Source of the DNA: Ginsengibacter sp.
GTDB taxonomy: Bacteria > Bacteroidota > Bacteroidia > Chitinophagales > Chitinophagaceae
Direction: 5' to 3'
Assembly (NCBI GenBank): GCA_051953735.1
Contig: JBQCIM010000117.1
Coordinates: 18,319 to 82,318 of the forward strand
DNA: 64,000 nt
Below, one piece after another: positions 50,273 to 60,013 of this stretch. The notes beneath the pieces are model-generated. The model was not told the origin of the DNA and did not search any database. It saw nothing but the letters and a program-made list of their open reading frames with translations. Position 1 is the stretch's first letter; the number at the start of each line of letters is the position of its first letter. The position numbers were made by a program, and so were the translations under genes.

Positions 50273-51088
50273 TTACTGCAAAGAATATATTGACAGCCGG
50301 TTGTTTTTCAAAACATAGATCTTATGATTTCTTACTTGGATCGAAGAATTGTTTTGCATTTCAACCGGCAATTTTTTTGTTGTAAAATCAGGCAAAGGAG
50401 GAGAATATTTATAAATATTCTCTTCGTTGAATCCATAAATGTTTTTACCGATCACCTGGATGTTTTTCCAGTTTAAAAAAGTGAATTTGTTTTTAAAACT
50501 TCCGTAGTAATCAAAAATATAAATGCCTTTTTCAGGATCATTTAAATAAACAAACCCATCACGGTCAATGATTTGTTTCGGATCAGGAACAGAGTCGAAC
50601 AGCAAACGAAAATCTACGGTTTCTGATAGAACATTTCCATTGTCATCAATCTTTTTCAATTTATTGTCCTGCTCATCAAAAAGCCAGATATTATTGTCGT
50701 AAGAAGTAGTAACTGCGCGAACTCTGAAAATATTTTGCTTTCGTAAATTGATAGAAGTAACCACATTGAGATATTTATCCAGCAACAAAATCGTAGAAAA
50801 ATTTTGGTAAAATAAAATCGTTTTCCATGGATTTTCAGCATTTACATAAGTCAGTTTTCCATATTGAGTTACCTGGTTAAAAACACCAACAGAATCTCCT
50901 TTTTCATTTAATTTTTTTAATTGATTGTCTGAAGTGATAAGGTACAATTCATCAATATTATCAACAGAAAAAGAAGTAACCGGAAATGAAATTTGCTTTA
51001 TAAAATGGAATCCGGAATCTTCCTGGGCAAAAATTTCAGGAAGATAAAACCAATTGAAAAAGATCAGAAGAAAAAGAATTTTTTTCAT
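50273..51088 (-). CDS. Conserved hypothetical secreted protein (beta-propeller-like)
   Basis: Signal peptide, beta-rich repeats; overlaps the lpxH stop. Confidence 0.7.
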   Translation of the reverse strand: MKKILFLLIFFNWFYLPEIFAQEDSGFHFIKQISFPVTSFSVDNIDELYLITSDNQLKKLNEKGDSVGVFNQVTQYGKLTYVNAENPWKTILFYQNFSTILLLDKYLNVVTSINLRKQNIFRVRAVTTSYDNNIWLFDEQDNKLKKIDDNGNVLSETVDFRLLFDSVPDPKQIIDRDGFVYLNDPEKGIYIFDYYGSFKNKFTFLNWKNIQVIGKNIYGFNEENIYKYSPPLPDFTTKKLPVEMQNNSSIQVRNHKIYVLKNNRLSIYSLQ

Positions 51089-51843
51089 GACTGATAATAT
51101 TTCAGTGTTATCGTGTCATTCTCAAAAACAGCGTAGCTATTGTATTTGATCCAGTCGCCAAGATTGATGTAAACACTGTTATCATTCAGTTTGAATTCAA
51201 TCGGCAAATGCCTGTGGCCAAAAATGAAATAATCGAAATGCTCTTTTTTTAAAACTTCTTTCGCAAAAATGATCAGCCATTCTTTCTCTTCGCCTAAAAA
51301 TTGCTCGTCTTTTTTCCCAGCCGAAGCCCGGCTTTTTCGACTGAAATAATCCGCCATTCCAATTCCCGCTGAAGGGTGCAATAATCCAAAAAGCGCCTGC
51401 GAAAATTTATTTCTAAACACTTTTTTCATCATTTTATAACGATGATCTCCCGGCCCTAAACCATCTCCGTGGCCAATCAAAAACCGTTTTTTATTAAATT
51501 CAAATTCTTTGGCTTCATGAAAAACCTGGATATTCAGTTCTTTTTCAAAATATCCATTCATCCACATATCGTGATTTCCGACAAAAAAATAAATTGTGAT
51601 TCCGTTGTCTGTTAGTTCTGCCAGTTTTCCAAGAATTCTTACAAATCCTTTTGGAACTACTTTTTTGTATTCATACCAAAAATCAAAAAGATCACCGAGG
51701 ATAAATATCACTTCTGCGTCTTTTTTTATTTCGTTCAAAAATTGAATTACCCGTTTTTCGCGCGCCAAACTTGCCTGATAATCTGGTGCGCCAAGGTGAA
51801 AATCTGAGAGAAAATATATTTTTTTTCCGGGTAATAATTGCAT
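51085..51843 (-). CDS. lpxH: UDP-2,3-diacylglucosamine diphosphatase
   Basis: SDFHLG, LGDLFD, GNHD, HGDG, GHRH metallophosphoesterase motifs. Confidence 0.92.
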   Translation of the reverse strand: MQLLPGKKIYFLSDFHLGAPDYQASLAREKRVIQFLNEIKKDAEVIFILGDLFDFWYEYKKVVPKGFVRILGKLAELTDNGITIYFFVGNHDMWMNGYFEKELNIQVFHEAKEFEFNKKRFLIGHGDGLGPGDHRYKMMKKVFRNKFSQALFGLLHPSAGIGMADYFSRKSRASAGKKDEQFLGEEKEWLIIFAKEVLKKEHFDYFIFGHRHLPIEFKLNDNSVYINLGDWIKYNSYAVFENDTITLKYYQS

Positions 51844-51962
51844 AAAGTATTTCGACCGTAATTATTTCTGTAACTAAAACATTCCTTAAATGCGAGGGCA
51901 AAAGCAAATGTAAAACAAATTTACCTTGATAAAAGTGCATGAATTTTACAGTAAATGAACAG

Positions 51963-52649
51963 TTACTCGCTTTTTTTATTTTCTTGAAAAGTGAAATCAT
52001 CAATGATTTTGTCGGCATCGGCCAGTTCTTCTTTTGGCTGGGTAGTTGCCACAGCAATCACTTTCATTCCCGCTGCTTTGGCAGCATTTATTCCTACGAC
52101 GGCATCTTCAAACACTAGACAATTCTCTGGAGACACATTTAGCATCGAAGCAACTTTTAAATAGATTTCCGGATCCGGTTTTCCTTTAGAAATGTGCGAT
52201 GAGTTCACCACTTCTGAAAAATATTCTTTGATCGGCACGTTTTCAAACATAAAATCAATGTTTGGCTGAATGCCGGAAGTGGCAATTGCCATTGGAATTT
52301 TTTTATCTTTTAAAATTTGCAAAAATTGGATCAAACCGACAACAGGCTTGATAAATGGCTTATAAATTTCGCGGTAAACTGCTTCTTTTTCCAGGGAATA
52401 CTTTAAAATTTCTTCAGGAGACATTTTGCGATTGAAAATATATTCGATCACATCTTTATTTGTGCGGCCGTTGAAGTTCTCATTGAATTCTTCTTCAGAA
52501 ATGTCGCGGCCCATGTTTTTTAAATATTCAATCCAGCTTTTTCGATGAAAAGAATTGTTATCTAGCAATGTTCCATCCAAATCAAAAATCACCGCTTTCG
52601 TTTCAAATTCTTTTAAGATTCCATCAATCTTTGGTTTCAGATTTTCCAT
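51963..52649 (-). CDS. HAD family phosphatase, beta-phosphoglucomutase-like (likely start ATG 52649)
   Basis: FDLDGTL, ATS, GKPDPEIY, FEDAVVG. Confidence 0.9.
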   Translation of the reverse strand: MENLKPKIDGILKEFETKAVIFDLDGTLLDNNSFHRKSWIEYLKNMGRDISEEEFNENFNGRTNKDVIEYIFNRKMSPEEILKYSLEKEAVYREIYKPFIKPVVGLIQFLQILKDKKIPMAIATSGIQPNIDFMFENVPIKEYFSEVVNSSHISKGKPDPEIYLKVASMLNVSPENCLVFEDAVVGINAAKAAGMKVIAVATTQPKEELADADKIIDDFTFQENKKSE

Positions 52650-52743
52650 TAGTCTCTGTTTTTGAGCCGCAAAGTTCGTATAAACAGGATAAAAAATGTT
52701 TTCAAATGGTTGAAGTTGAAATTGTATCTTTATAAAAAACATT

Positions 52744-53334
52744 ATGAAGAAGTTCATTTTTGCGACAATTCCTTTGCTGTTGTCTTCCTTCATTATTCCC
52801 TCCGGCATTTCAAAAAATATGAAAACAACTTCAATATATCAGTTTAAAGTTCCGGCGTTGACAGGGGGCACAATTGATTTTTCTTCGTTTAAAGGAAAGA
52901 AATTATTAATCGTAAATACTGCTTCCAAATGTGGAAACACGCCACAATATGATGACCTGGAAAATTTGTATAAAAAATATAAGGATCAACTGGTGATTGT
53001 AGGTTTTCCTGCCAATAATTTCGGAGCCCAGGAGCCGGGAACCAATGATGAAATTGCTGAATTCTGTAAAAAAAATTATGGAGTTAGTTTTCCAATGGCA
53101 GCAAAGGTTTCAGTAAAAGGAGATGACATTGCGCCCATTTATAAATATCTGGTTACGGTTGCAGAACAAAACGGTTTTGATGATCCCGTCAAATGGAATT
53201 TTACCAAATTTCTTTTTGATGAAAATGGCAAATTTCTTACTGTCTTTTATAACAGAGATCGCCTGATTCCAAATAACCCTGATCCTAAAGGAAAAGAAGC
53301 TTATGAAAAGCTTTTGAAGTACCTGAACGGTTAA
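52744..53334 (+). CDS. Cys-type glutathione peroxidase family protein with a signal-like N-terminus
   Basis: NTASKCG, GFPANNFGAQEPG, KWNFTKFL. Confidence 0.93.
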   Translation: MKKFIFATIPLLLSSFIIPSGISKNMKTTSIYQFKVPALTGGTIDFSSFKGKKLLIVNTASKCGNTPQYDDLENLYKKYKDQLVIVGFPANNFGAQEPGTNDEIAEFCKKNYGVSFPMAAKVSVKGDDIAPIYKYLVTVAEQNGFDDPVKWNFTKFLFDENGKFLTVFYNRDRLIPNNPDPKGKEAYEKLLKYLNG

Positions 53335-53407
53335 TTACTTTTTTCAAAAATCAATTCCAAAATTGCTTTTTAGTCCTTTACTTTTGCCTGGATTCTAATT
53401 TTTTTCA

Positions 53408-54637
53408 ATGCAGTTCAAAGAAGTTATTAGTGATACCCAGGTGAAGGATCGGTTAAAAGACCTTGTGCAAAAGAACCGGCTTTCACACGCTCTTTTATTT
53501 CTTGGAAGAGAGGGAAGTGGTGCTTTGCCATTGGCAATTGCTTTTGCTCAATATATTCTTTGTGAAAAAGTTCGCCCGCAATCAAAAAACAAATCAACCT
53601 CTTTATTTGGAGAAGGAGTTGAAACTGATGAAACAACATGGGAGGACAGCTGTGGACAATGCTCTTCTTGTTTGAAAATCAATCGGTTAATTCATCCTGA
53701 TCTTCATTTTTCTTATCCGGCTTTAAAAAGAGATAGTAAGCACGATCGTGTTTTAAGTACAGATTATATAACCGAATGGCGCGAATTTATTTCTCAATAT
53801 CCTTATAACAATGTAGCCGATTGGCTCAACTTTTTAAAAGAAAATTCAAAAAGCAAAATCGAAAATCCGGCTAATAAGCAAGGAAATATCACCGTTTTTG
53901 AGTGTGATGATATTTCTCATAAAGTAAGTTTGAAATCCTTTGAGAGTGACTATAAAATTCTGATTCTGTGGATGCCGGAGTTTTTGGGCAAAGAAGGAAA
54001 TAAATTACTGAAATTGATTGAAGAGCCACCGCCAGACACGCTTTTTATATTTGTTGCTGAGGATGAAAATGAAATTCTGCCAACGATTTTATCACGAACT
54101 CAGTTGGTAAAAATTCCTTCTCTGCCGGATGCAGCAATTGAAAATGCATTGAGTTCAAAATACAATCTTTCTGCCGAAAAAGCTTCAGAAATTGCAGCAA
54201 TTTCTGAAGGCAATTTTCGCGAAGCGTTGCAAATTCTAGAAAATCCTGAAGAAAATCTGCAATCACAAATTCGAGAATGGTTGAATGTAATTGTCAAAAA
54301 CAACGTTGCTGTTCAATTAAAATGGATCGATGAAATCAGCAAGACCGGCCGCGAAAAACAAAAGCAATTTTTAAAATATTTTATTCATTTGCTGGAGCAA
54401 TCAATTCGTGCGGAGTTTCTTGTTGATAATCCCGATATTATTCCTGAAAATGAGAGAGATTTTGCTTTGAGAATGAATAAAATGAGTTCTACAGAAGCGC
54501 AGGAAGCCATTATCAAAGAGCTGGATAATTCGATTTATTACATTGAGCGGAACGCGAATGCGAAATTGTTATTTCATGCTTTGACAATTCGGATTTTTCA
54601 CATTATTAAGGATAATTCGCTAATTTTGGTTCAATGA
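53408..54637 (+). CDS. holB: DNA polymerase III delta-prime subunit
   Basis: RLSHALLF, CGQCSSC, HPDLH, NKLLKLIEEPP, TILSR. Confidence 0.92.
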   Translation: MQFKEVISDTQVKDRLKDLVQKNRLSHALLFLGREGSGALPLAIAFAQYILCEKVRPQSKNKSTSLFGEGVETDETTWEDSCGQCSSCLKINRLIHPDLHFSYPALKRDSKHDRVLSTDYITEWREFISQYPYNNVADWLNFLKENSKSKIENPANKQGNITVFECDDISHKVSLKSFESDYKILILWMPEFLGKEGNKLLKLIEEPPPDTLFIFVAEDENEILPTILSRTQLVKIPSLPDAAIENALSSKYNLSAEKASEIAAISEGNFREALQILENPEENLQSQIREWLNVIVKNNVAVQLKWIDEISKTGREKQKQFLKYFIHLLEQSIRAEFLVDNPDIIPENERDFALRMNKMSSTEAQEAIIKELDNSIYYIERNANAKLLFHALTIRIFHIIKDNSLILVQ

Positions 54638-54800
54638 GGCAATGGATGTGAACAAAATTGTAGTTTAAGTGAGATGAAAAAAATTCATTTTAAATAAACC
54701 GCTGGAATCCAAACCGTTCAAATCAGTTTTTATAAAAACTTATTGCGACTGTTTGCAAACACCCTCTCTATTTTATTAATTCATTTTTTTAACTATTTAT

Positions 54801-56066
54801 ATGGGATGTACGAGCTGTGGGACCGGAAAACCAAATGGTTGTAAAAGCAATGGTGGATGTAGCTCCGGTGGATGCAACAGATTAAATGTTCATGATTGGC
54901 TTTCGAATTTGCCAATCGACGATATGGAAAGCACTTGCCGCATCGTTGAAGTTTCTTTCAACCAGGGAAGTCGCAAGGATTTTTACAGAAATTCTACCCT
55001 GAACCTTTTTTCAAAAGGCGATATTGTTACGGTTGAAGGAATAAGCGGATTTGATGTTGGAACTGTAAGTCTAACCGGCGAATTAGTAAGAATGCAAATG
55101 AAAAAGAAGAGAGTAGATGAAAACAGTACTGACATCAGAAAAATTTTACGATTAGCAACTGATAATGATATCGCGAAATGGAAAGAAACAAAATTGAAAG
55201 AAAGAGAAGTGCTGATTAGAAGCCGCGCAATTGCACGCCAGCTAAAACTGGATTTAAAAATGTCTGAAGTGGAAATTCAGGCGGATTCCAGGAAAGCCAC
55301 TTTTTATTATATCGCTGATGAGCGCGTTGATTTTCGCGAATTGATTCGCCTTTATGCTTCTGAATTCAAGGTAAAAGTAGAAATGAAGCAAATTGGCGCC
55401 CGGCAGGAAGCAGGAAAAGTAGGAGGAATTGGAAGTTGTGGACGTGAGCTTTGTTGCAGCACCTGGCTCACAGACTTTAAAAGCGTCAATACGAATGCAG
55501 CCCGCTATCAAAATTTAAGTATTAATCAAACAAAGCTGAGTGGACAATGTGGAAGATTAAAATGTTGCTTAAATTATGAGTTGGACACTTATCTTGATGC
55601 CTTACAACATTTTCCTGAAGATGCGGACGTAATTGAAGTAGCCAAAGGAAGGGCGTTTTTGGTAAAAAAAGACATTTTCAGAAACCTGATGTGGTATTCT
55701 ATGGCCGACAGCACCAAACATTATCCTCTTTCAATTGAAACAGTTAAAAAAATAAAGGCGCTTAATAAACAGGGAATAAAACCAGAGGCTTTGGAAACCG
55801 TAGAAATTGTAAGCGCAAAACCAAAAGAAGTAGAACCGGAATTTGTGGATGTTGTTGGCCAGATCACTCTTAAATCTTTAGAGAAAAACAATCAAAAAAG
55901 AAAAAGTAATCAGAGCGGAAGTAATGATAAAAGAACCAACGTAAGTGACAAGGGAACGGCCAGCCGAAACACTCCTAATAATCAACAAAACAAGCCTCCT
56001 AAAAATCAAACCAAAAATACCCATAAGTCTAACAGACAAAAGCCTCCATCAAAGAATCATAGTTAA
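54801..56066 (+). CDS. ricT: PSP1-domain protein RicT/YaaT
   Basis: RVDFRELI, QIGARQEA, GGIGSCGRELCCS, LSGQCGRLKCCL; Cys-rich N-terminus. Confidence 0.9.
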   Translation: MGCTSCGTGKPNGCKSNGGCSSGGCNRLNVHDWLSNLPIDDMESTCRIVEVSFNQGSRKDFYRNSTLNLFSKGDIVTVEGISGFDVGTVSLTGELVRMQMKKKRVDENSTDIRKILRLATDNDIAKWKETKLKEREVLIRSRAIARQLKLDLKMSEVEIQADSRKATFYYIADERVDFRELIRLYASEFKVKVEMKQIGARQEAGKVGGIGSCGRELCCSTWLTDFKSVNTNAARYQNLSINQTKLSGQCGRLKCCLNYELDTYLDALQHFPEDADVIEVAKGRAFLVKKDIFRNLMWYSMADSTKHYPLSIETVKKIKALNKQGIKPEALETVEIVSAKPKEVEPEFVDVVGQITLKSLEKNNQKRKSNQSGSNDKRTNVSDKGTASRNTPNNQQNKPPKNQTKNTHKSNRQKPPSKNHS

Positions 56067-56189
56067 TACATAACAGTCATACCTACGCGGATAGTTGATC
56101 TCGCTAATATAAAAGTTGCAATTTTTTGTCGTTTTACTGACTCTTTTTAAAATCAAAAAGATAACAGTCATGCATATATGAAAACATTT

Positions 56190-56762
56190 TTATTTATAAT
56201 ACAATTGTGATTCTATTTCTTCCCTTACAAGATCCGGAACGAGATACCTTATGGATTTTTTCTCATGAATCATTTCGCGGATTTGAGTACTTGAAATTTC
56301 TAAAAGAGGAGCTTTTAAAACAGTTATATTTTTATTCAACATTAAAGGATCCACTTTAAAGCCAGGCCTTTCATAAATATAAAAGCGATACGTTTTCAAG
56401 AGGAAATCTCCCTGCTTCCATTTTTTTATGTTTTGAAAGCTATCGCTTCCTACAATAATGGAAAACCGATCGTTAGGGAATTTTTCACTTAAATACTGTA
56501 ATGTCTCTATTGTGTAGGACGGTTTCGGAAGATGAAATTCAATTGAAGAAGTTCTTAATTTCTTTTCTCCTTCAATCGCCAAATCTATTAGATGCTTGCG
56601 ATGGTTTTCATTTAATAAAGATTTTTGTTCTTTAAGTGGATTTTGAGGAGTAACGACAAACCAGATTCTTTGTAAATCAGTATAGTTGGCAACAAAACTG
56701 GCAATAATTAAATGGCCATTATGAACAGGATTAAAAGAACCGAAATACAATCCAATAGTCAT
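56190..56762 (-). CDS. nadD: Nicotinate-nucleotide adenylyltransferase
   Basis: GSFNPVHNGH, SYTIETL, GSDS, ISSTQIR. Confidence 0.96.
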   Translation of the reverse strand: MTIGLYFGSFNPVHNGHLIIASFVANYTDLQRIWFVVTPQNPLKEQKSLLNENHRKHLIDLAIEGEKKLRTSSIEFHLPKPSYTIETLQYLSEKFPNDRFSIIVGSDSFQNIKKWKQGDFLLKTYRFYIYERPGFKVDPLMLNKNITVLKAPLLEISSTQIREMIHEKKSIRYLVPDLVREEIESQLYYK

Positions 56763-56771
56763 GTGATCGAT

Positions 56772-57002
56772 TTAAACCTCAACAATATAATCTACAATAA
56801 TTTGCTCTGCTTCGTCTAAACGCAAGCTTAGCGAATATCCTGCTACTAGTATATAAATTGGATCGCCCAGAGGTGCTTTTTTCCAGACAACCACTTCTTC
56901 TTCAGGAAGACAACCCATTTCCATAAGTTTTAAAATGATCTCATGATTTTCAAAAGACTTAATTTTTACTTTTGTCCCTTCTTTTACTTGCGATAATTTC
57001 AT
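56772..57002 (-). CDS. feoA: Ferrous iron transport protein A
   Basis: KLMEMG, APLGDP, LSLRLDEA. Confidence 0.9.
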   Translation of the reverse strand: MKLSQVKEGTKVKIKSFENHEIILKLMEMGCLPEEEVVVWKKAPLGDPIYILVAGYSLSLRLDEAEQIIVDYIVEV

Positions 57003-57033
57003 CTTTAATAATTATTCTAACTCACTTTACATT

Positions 57034-57462
57034 TTGGGTACAATAGCATTTAGCAATCACAACGTTTCTTTCTTTCTCAAGGACAAGCTTTTATTAAAAA
57101 CCTTCTTTGCATCTATATTTGTCCAGGAGAAGAAGGATTTTAAGTCTGTTTCTTATGTTTTTTGTACCGATGAATTTTTGTTAAAATTAAACCAACAATA
57201 CCTGAATCATGATACACTAACTGATATTTTAACATTTACGCTTTCTGATATCTCCTTTCCTATAATTTCAGAAATTTATATTAGCTTGGAAAGAGTAAAA
57301 GAAAACGCAGAAAAACTGCAAGTTCCATTTTCGGAAGAACTTTCTCGCGTGATGATTCATGGGATTTTACATTTGTGTGGTTATGACGATCATTCTCCTT
57401 CCCAAAAGCAAGAAATGCGAGAAAAAGAAAACTTTTATCTAAATCAGCTTTGTTCCACGTGA
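57034..57462 (+). CDS. ybeY: rRNA maturation RNase YbeY (TTG start; exact start uncertain)
   Basis: TDILTF, IHGILHLCGYDDH (H-x3-H-x5-H). Confidence 0.93.
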   Translation: MGTIAFSNHNVSFFLKDKLLLKTFFASIFVQEKKDFKSVSYVFCTDEFLLKLNQQYLNHDTLTDILTFTLSDISFPIISEIYISLERVKENAEKLQVPFSEELSRVMIHGILHLCGYDDHSPSQKQEMREKENFYLNQLCST

Positions 57463-57466
57463 AACA
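57451..57466. other. parS site (TGTTCCACGTGAAACA)
   Basis: Matches the universal parS consensus; overlaps the ybeY stop. Confidence 0.9.
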
Positions 57467-57476
57467 AATGCAAAAT

Positions 57477-57492
57477 CGTTTCACGTGAAACA
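57477..57492. other. parS site (CGTTTCACGTGAAACA)
   Basis: One mismatch to TGTTTCACGTGAAACA, 10 bp after the first site. Confidence 0.88.
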
Positions 57493-57534
57493 GAAAAATA
57501 CCCCTGAAATTTTCAATTGCTTTAATTTTACAAA

Positions 57535-59397
57535 ATGTTTCAAAATTATGATGTAATTGTAGTGGGCGCGGGACATGCGGGCTGCGAAGCCGCTGCGGCT
57601 GCGGCCAACTTGGGAAGTTCTGTACTTCTAATTACGATGAATTTGCAGAATATGGCGCAAATGAGTTGTAATCCTGCTATGGGCGGGATTGCAAAAGGGC
57701 AAATTGTAAGGGAAATAGACGCAATTGGAGGTTATTCCGGAATCGTTTCTGATGAAAGCATGATTCAATTCAGAATGCTTAATAAAAGTAAAGGGCCGGC
57801 GATGTGGAGTCCGCGAACCCAGAACGACCGAATGCTTTTTTCAGCCAAATGGAGGTCTATGCTGGAAAAAACCCCCAATCTTGATTTTTACCAGGATTCT
57901 GTGGTGGGATTAGTAAAAACAGGAGAGCGAATTTTAGGAGTAAAAACAGCTTTGGGTCATACAATTCTTTCAAAATCTGTGATTCTTACAAATGGAACTT
58001 TCCTAAATGGAATAATTCATATTGGGGAAAAACAATCTAAAGGAGGAAGGGTTGCAGAAAAAAATTCTTCAGGAATTACTGAACAGTTGGTAGCATGGGG
58101 ATTTGAAAGCGCAAGACTGAAAACAGGTACGCCACCAAGAGTAGATGGAAGATCGCTGGATTATACTCAAATGGAGGAACAAAAAGGTGATGAGGAAATA
58201 ACCGGATTTTCATTTCTGAAAAGCAATAAACCATCTAAGCAAAGGAGTTGTTGGATAACATACACGAATCCTGAAGTGCACGAAATTCTTAAAACGGGTT
58301 TTGGGGAAAGCCCAATGTTCCAGGGAAGAATAAAAGGAACCGGGCCAAGATATTGCCCAAGTATTGAGGATAAAATCAATCGGTTTTCAGAAAGAGAAAG
58401 ACACCAGCTTTTCATTGAGCCCGAAGGCTGGGATACTGTCGAAGTTTATGTAAATGGATTTTCTTCTTCCTTAGCTGAAGAAGTTCAATATAAAGCATTA
58501 AAAAAAGTTCCGGGATTTGAAAATTGCAAGCTTTTCCGTCCGGGGTATGCAATTGAATATGATTATTTTCCTCCTACACAATTAAAGATCAACCTGGAGA
58601 CTAAAGTGATTAAAAATTTATTCTTTGCTGGTCAAATTAATGGGACAACAGGATATGAAGAAGCCGCGTGCCAGGGTTTGATCGCCGGAATAAATGCACA
58701 TCAGTCAATTAATAGTAATGAACCTTTCATTCTCAAAAGAAATGAAGCATATATCGGAGTTTTAATTGATGATTTGATCAATAAAGGAACTGATGAGCCA
58801 TATAGAATGTTTACAAGCCGCGCAGAATATCGGACATTGCTGCGCCAGGATAATGCAGATTTGCGCTTGACAGAAAAAAGTTTCAGAATTGGATTAGCAT
58901 CTCAGGAAAGGATGGACAATGTTTTAAAAAAGAAAAATGAAATAAGTCAGATCATTCGAATATTGAATGAGACAAAATTTGAACCATCGGATATTAATCG
59001 GTTTTTGGAACGAAACACTTCTTCTTCGATTAACCAGAAAACAAAAGCTTCACAAGTTTTATTGAGGCCTGAAATTGATTTGCAACAACTAATCACATCT
59101 GTTCCTTTAATAGAAGAAAAAATTGGTACCTTTTCGCCTGAAGCAATCCAGCAAGCGGAAATACAAATAAAGTATGAAGTATATCTTCTTAAAGAAGAGG
59201 AACTTGTAAAAAAAATGGGCGCTCTGGAAGACCAATTAATTCCTGAAACTTTTAATTACGAACATGTTTCTTCACTCTCTAACGAGGCGCGCCAAAAATT
59301 TAAGAAAATAAAACCTCGAACACTTGGCCAGGCTAGCAGAATTAGTGGCGTAAATCCAAGTGACGTACAAATTTTAATGGTTTACATGGGTAGATAA
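57535..59397 (+). CDS. mnmG: tRNA uridine 5-carboxymethylaminomethyl modification enzyme MnmG
   Basis: VGAGHAGCEAA, MSCNPAMGG, RLKTGTPPR, GPRYCPSIEDK, AGQINGTTGYEEAA. Confidence 0.98.
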   Translation: MFQNYDVIVVGAGHAGCEAAAAAANLGSSVLLITMNLQNMAQMSCNPAMGGIAKGQIVREIDAIGGYSGIVSDESMIQFRMLNKSKGPAMWSPRTQNDRMLFSAKWRSMLEKTPNLDFYQDSVVGLVKTGERILGVKTALGHTILSKSVILTNGTFLNGIIHIGEKQSKGGRVAEKNSSGITEQLVAWGFESARLKTGTPPRVDGRSLDYTQMEEQKGDEEITGFSFLKSNKPSKQRSCWITYTNPEVHEILKTGFGESPMFQGRIKGTGPRYCPSIEDKINRFSERERHQLFIEPEGWDTVEVYVNGFSSSLAEEVQYKALKKVPGFENCKLFRPGYAIEYDYFPPTQLKINLETKVIKNLFFAGQINGTTGYEEAACQGLIAGINAHQSINSNEPFILKRNEAYIGVLIDDLINKGTDEPYRMFTSRAEYRTLLRQDNADLRLTEKSFRIGLASQERMDNVLKKKNEISQIIRILNETKFEPSDINRFLERNTSSSINQKTKASQVLLRPEIDLQQLITSVPLIEEKIGTFSPEAIQQAEIQIKYEVYLLKEEELVKKMGALEDQLIPETFNYEHVSSLSNEARQKFKKIKPRTLGQASRISGVNPSDVQILMVYMGR

Positions 59398-59407
59398 ATT
59401 TTTAACT

Positions 59408-59923
59408 ATGAACCTGCAATTAACACCACATTCAGACAAAAGGAAAGTTTTCGAAAGAGTACAGAATTATTTACTGGAAAATGAATTTAAAATTATTAAC
59501 TCTGATGAAACTCGTCCCTGGGGAGGTTTTTTTGTAATTGATGAAAAACAAGCGCAAAAATTTATTGACTTTTTCTTCAATGGAGTTGAGGATTCAAAAA
59601 GCAAACCTGTTCAAAAAATTAGCCCTAAAATATTAATAGTACAGCCTAAAAAAAGATTAAGCTGGCAATACCATCATCGAAGAGCAGAATTATGGAAAGT
59701 AATTGGAGGAGAGGTGGGGGTAGTTCGGAGTGAAAATGACGCCGAAACAGAAGTTAAAACAAAGACAATCAACGACTTAATAAAATTGAAACAAGGTGAA
59801 CGCCATCGGTTAATTGGACTGGAAAATTGGGGAATTGTAGCTGAAATCTGGCAGCACATAGATAATTTACAACCAAGCGATGAAGATGATATTGTGAGAT
59901 TACAGGATGATTTTGGAAGATGA
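59408..59923 (+). CDS. Stand-alone cupin resembling the type II phosphomannose isomerase C-domain
   Basis: RPWGGF, LSWQYHHRRAELW, HRL, DIVRLQDDFGR. Confidence 0.8.
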   Translation: MNLQLTPHSDKRKVFERVQNYLLENEFKIINSDETRPWGGFFVIDEKQAQKFIDFFFNGVEDSKSKPVQKISPKILIVQPKKRLSWQYHHRRAELWKVIGGEVGVVRSENDAETEVKTKTINDLIKLKQGERHRLIGLENWGIVAEIWQHIDNLQPSDEDDIVRLQDDFGR

Positions 59924-59966
59924 ATTTCCAGTAAACACACAAATACTTCCTTTTCTTATTTCCAGC

Positions 59967-60008
59967 AAAAGAAAAACCCTTATAAACAACTATAAGGGTT
60001 TTTCTTTT
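59967..60008. terminator. Bidirectional terminator hairpin between the cupin gene and tRNA-Phe
   Basis: AAAAGAAAAACCCTTATA-aacaac-TATAAGGGTTTTTCTTTT. Confidence 0.85.
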
Positions 60009-60013
60009 ATCTG

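Noticed and set aside
56070-56171. Direct repeat ATAACAGTCAT occurring twice about 90 bp apart between ricT and nadD
   Set aside because: Only two AT-rich copies, with no array, transposase or terminal inverted repeats; not enough to call an element or CRISPR
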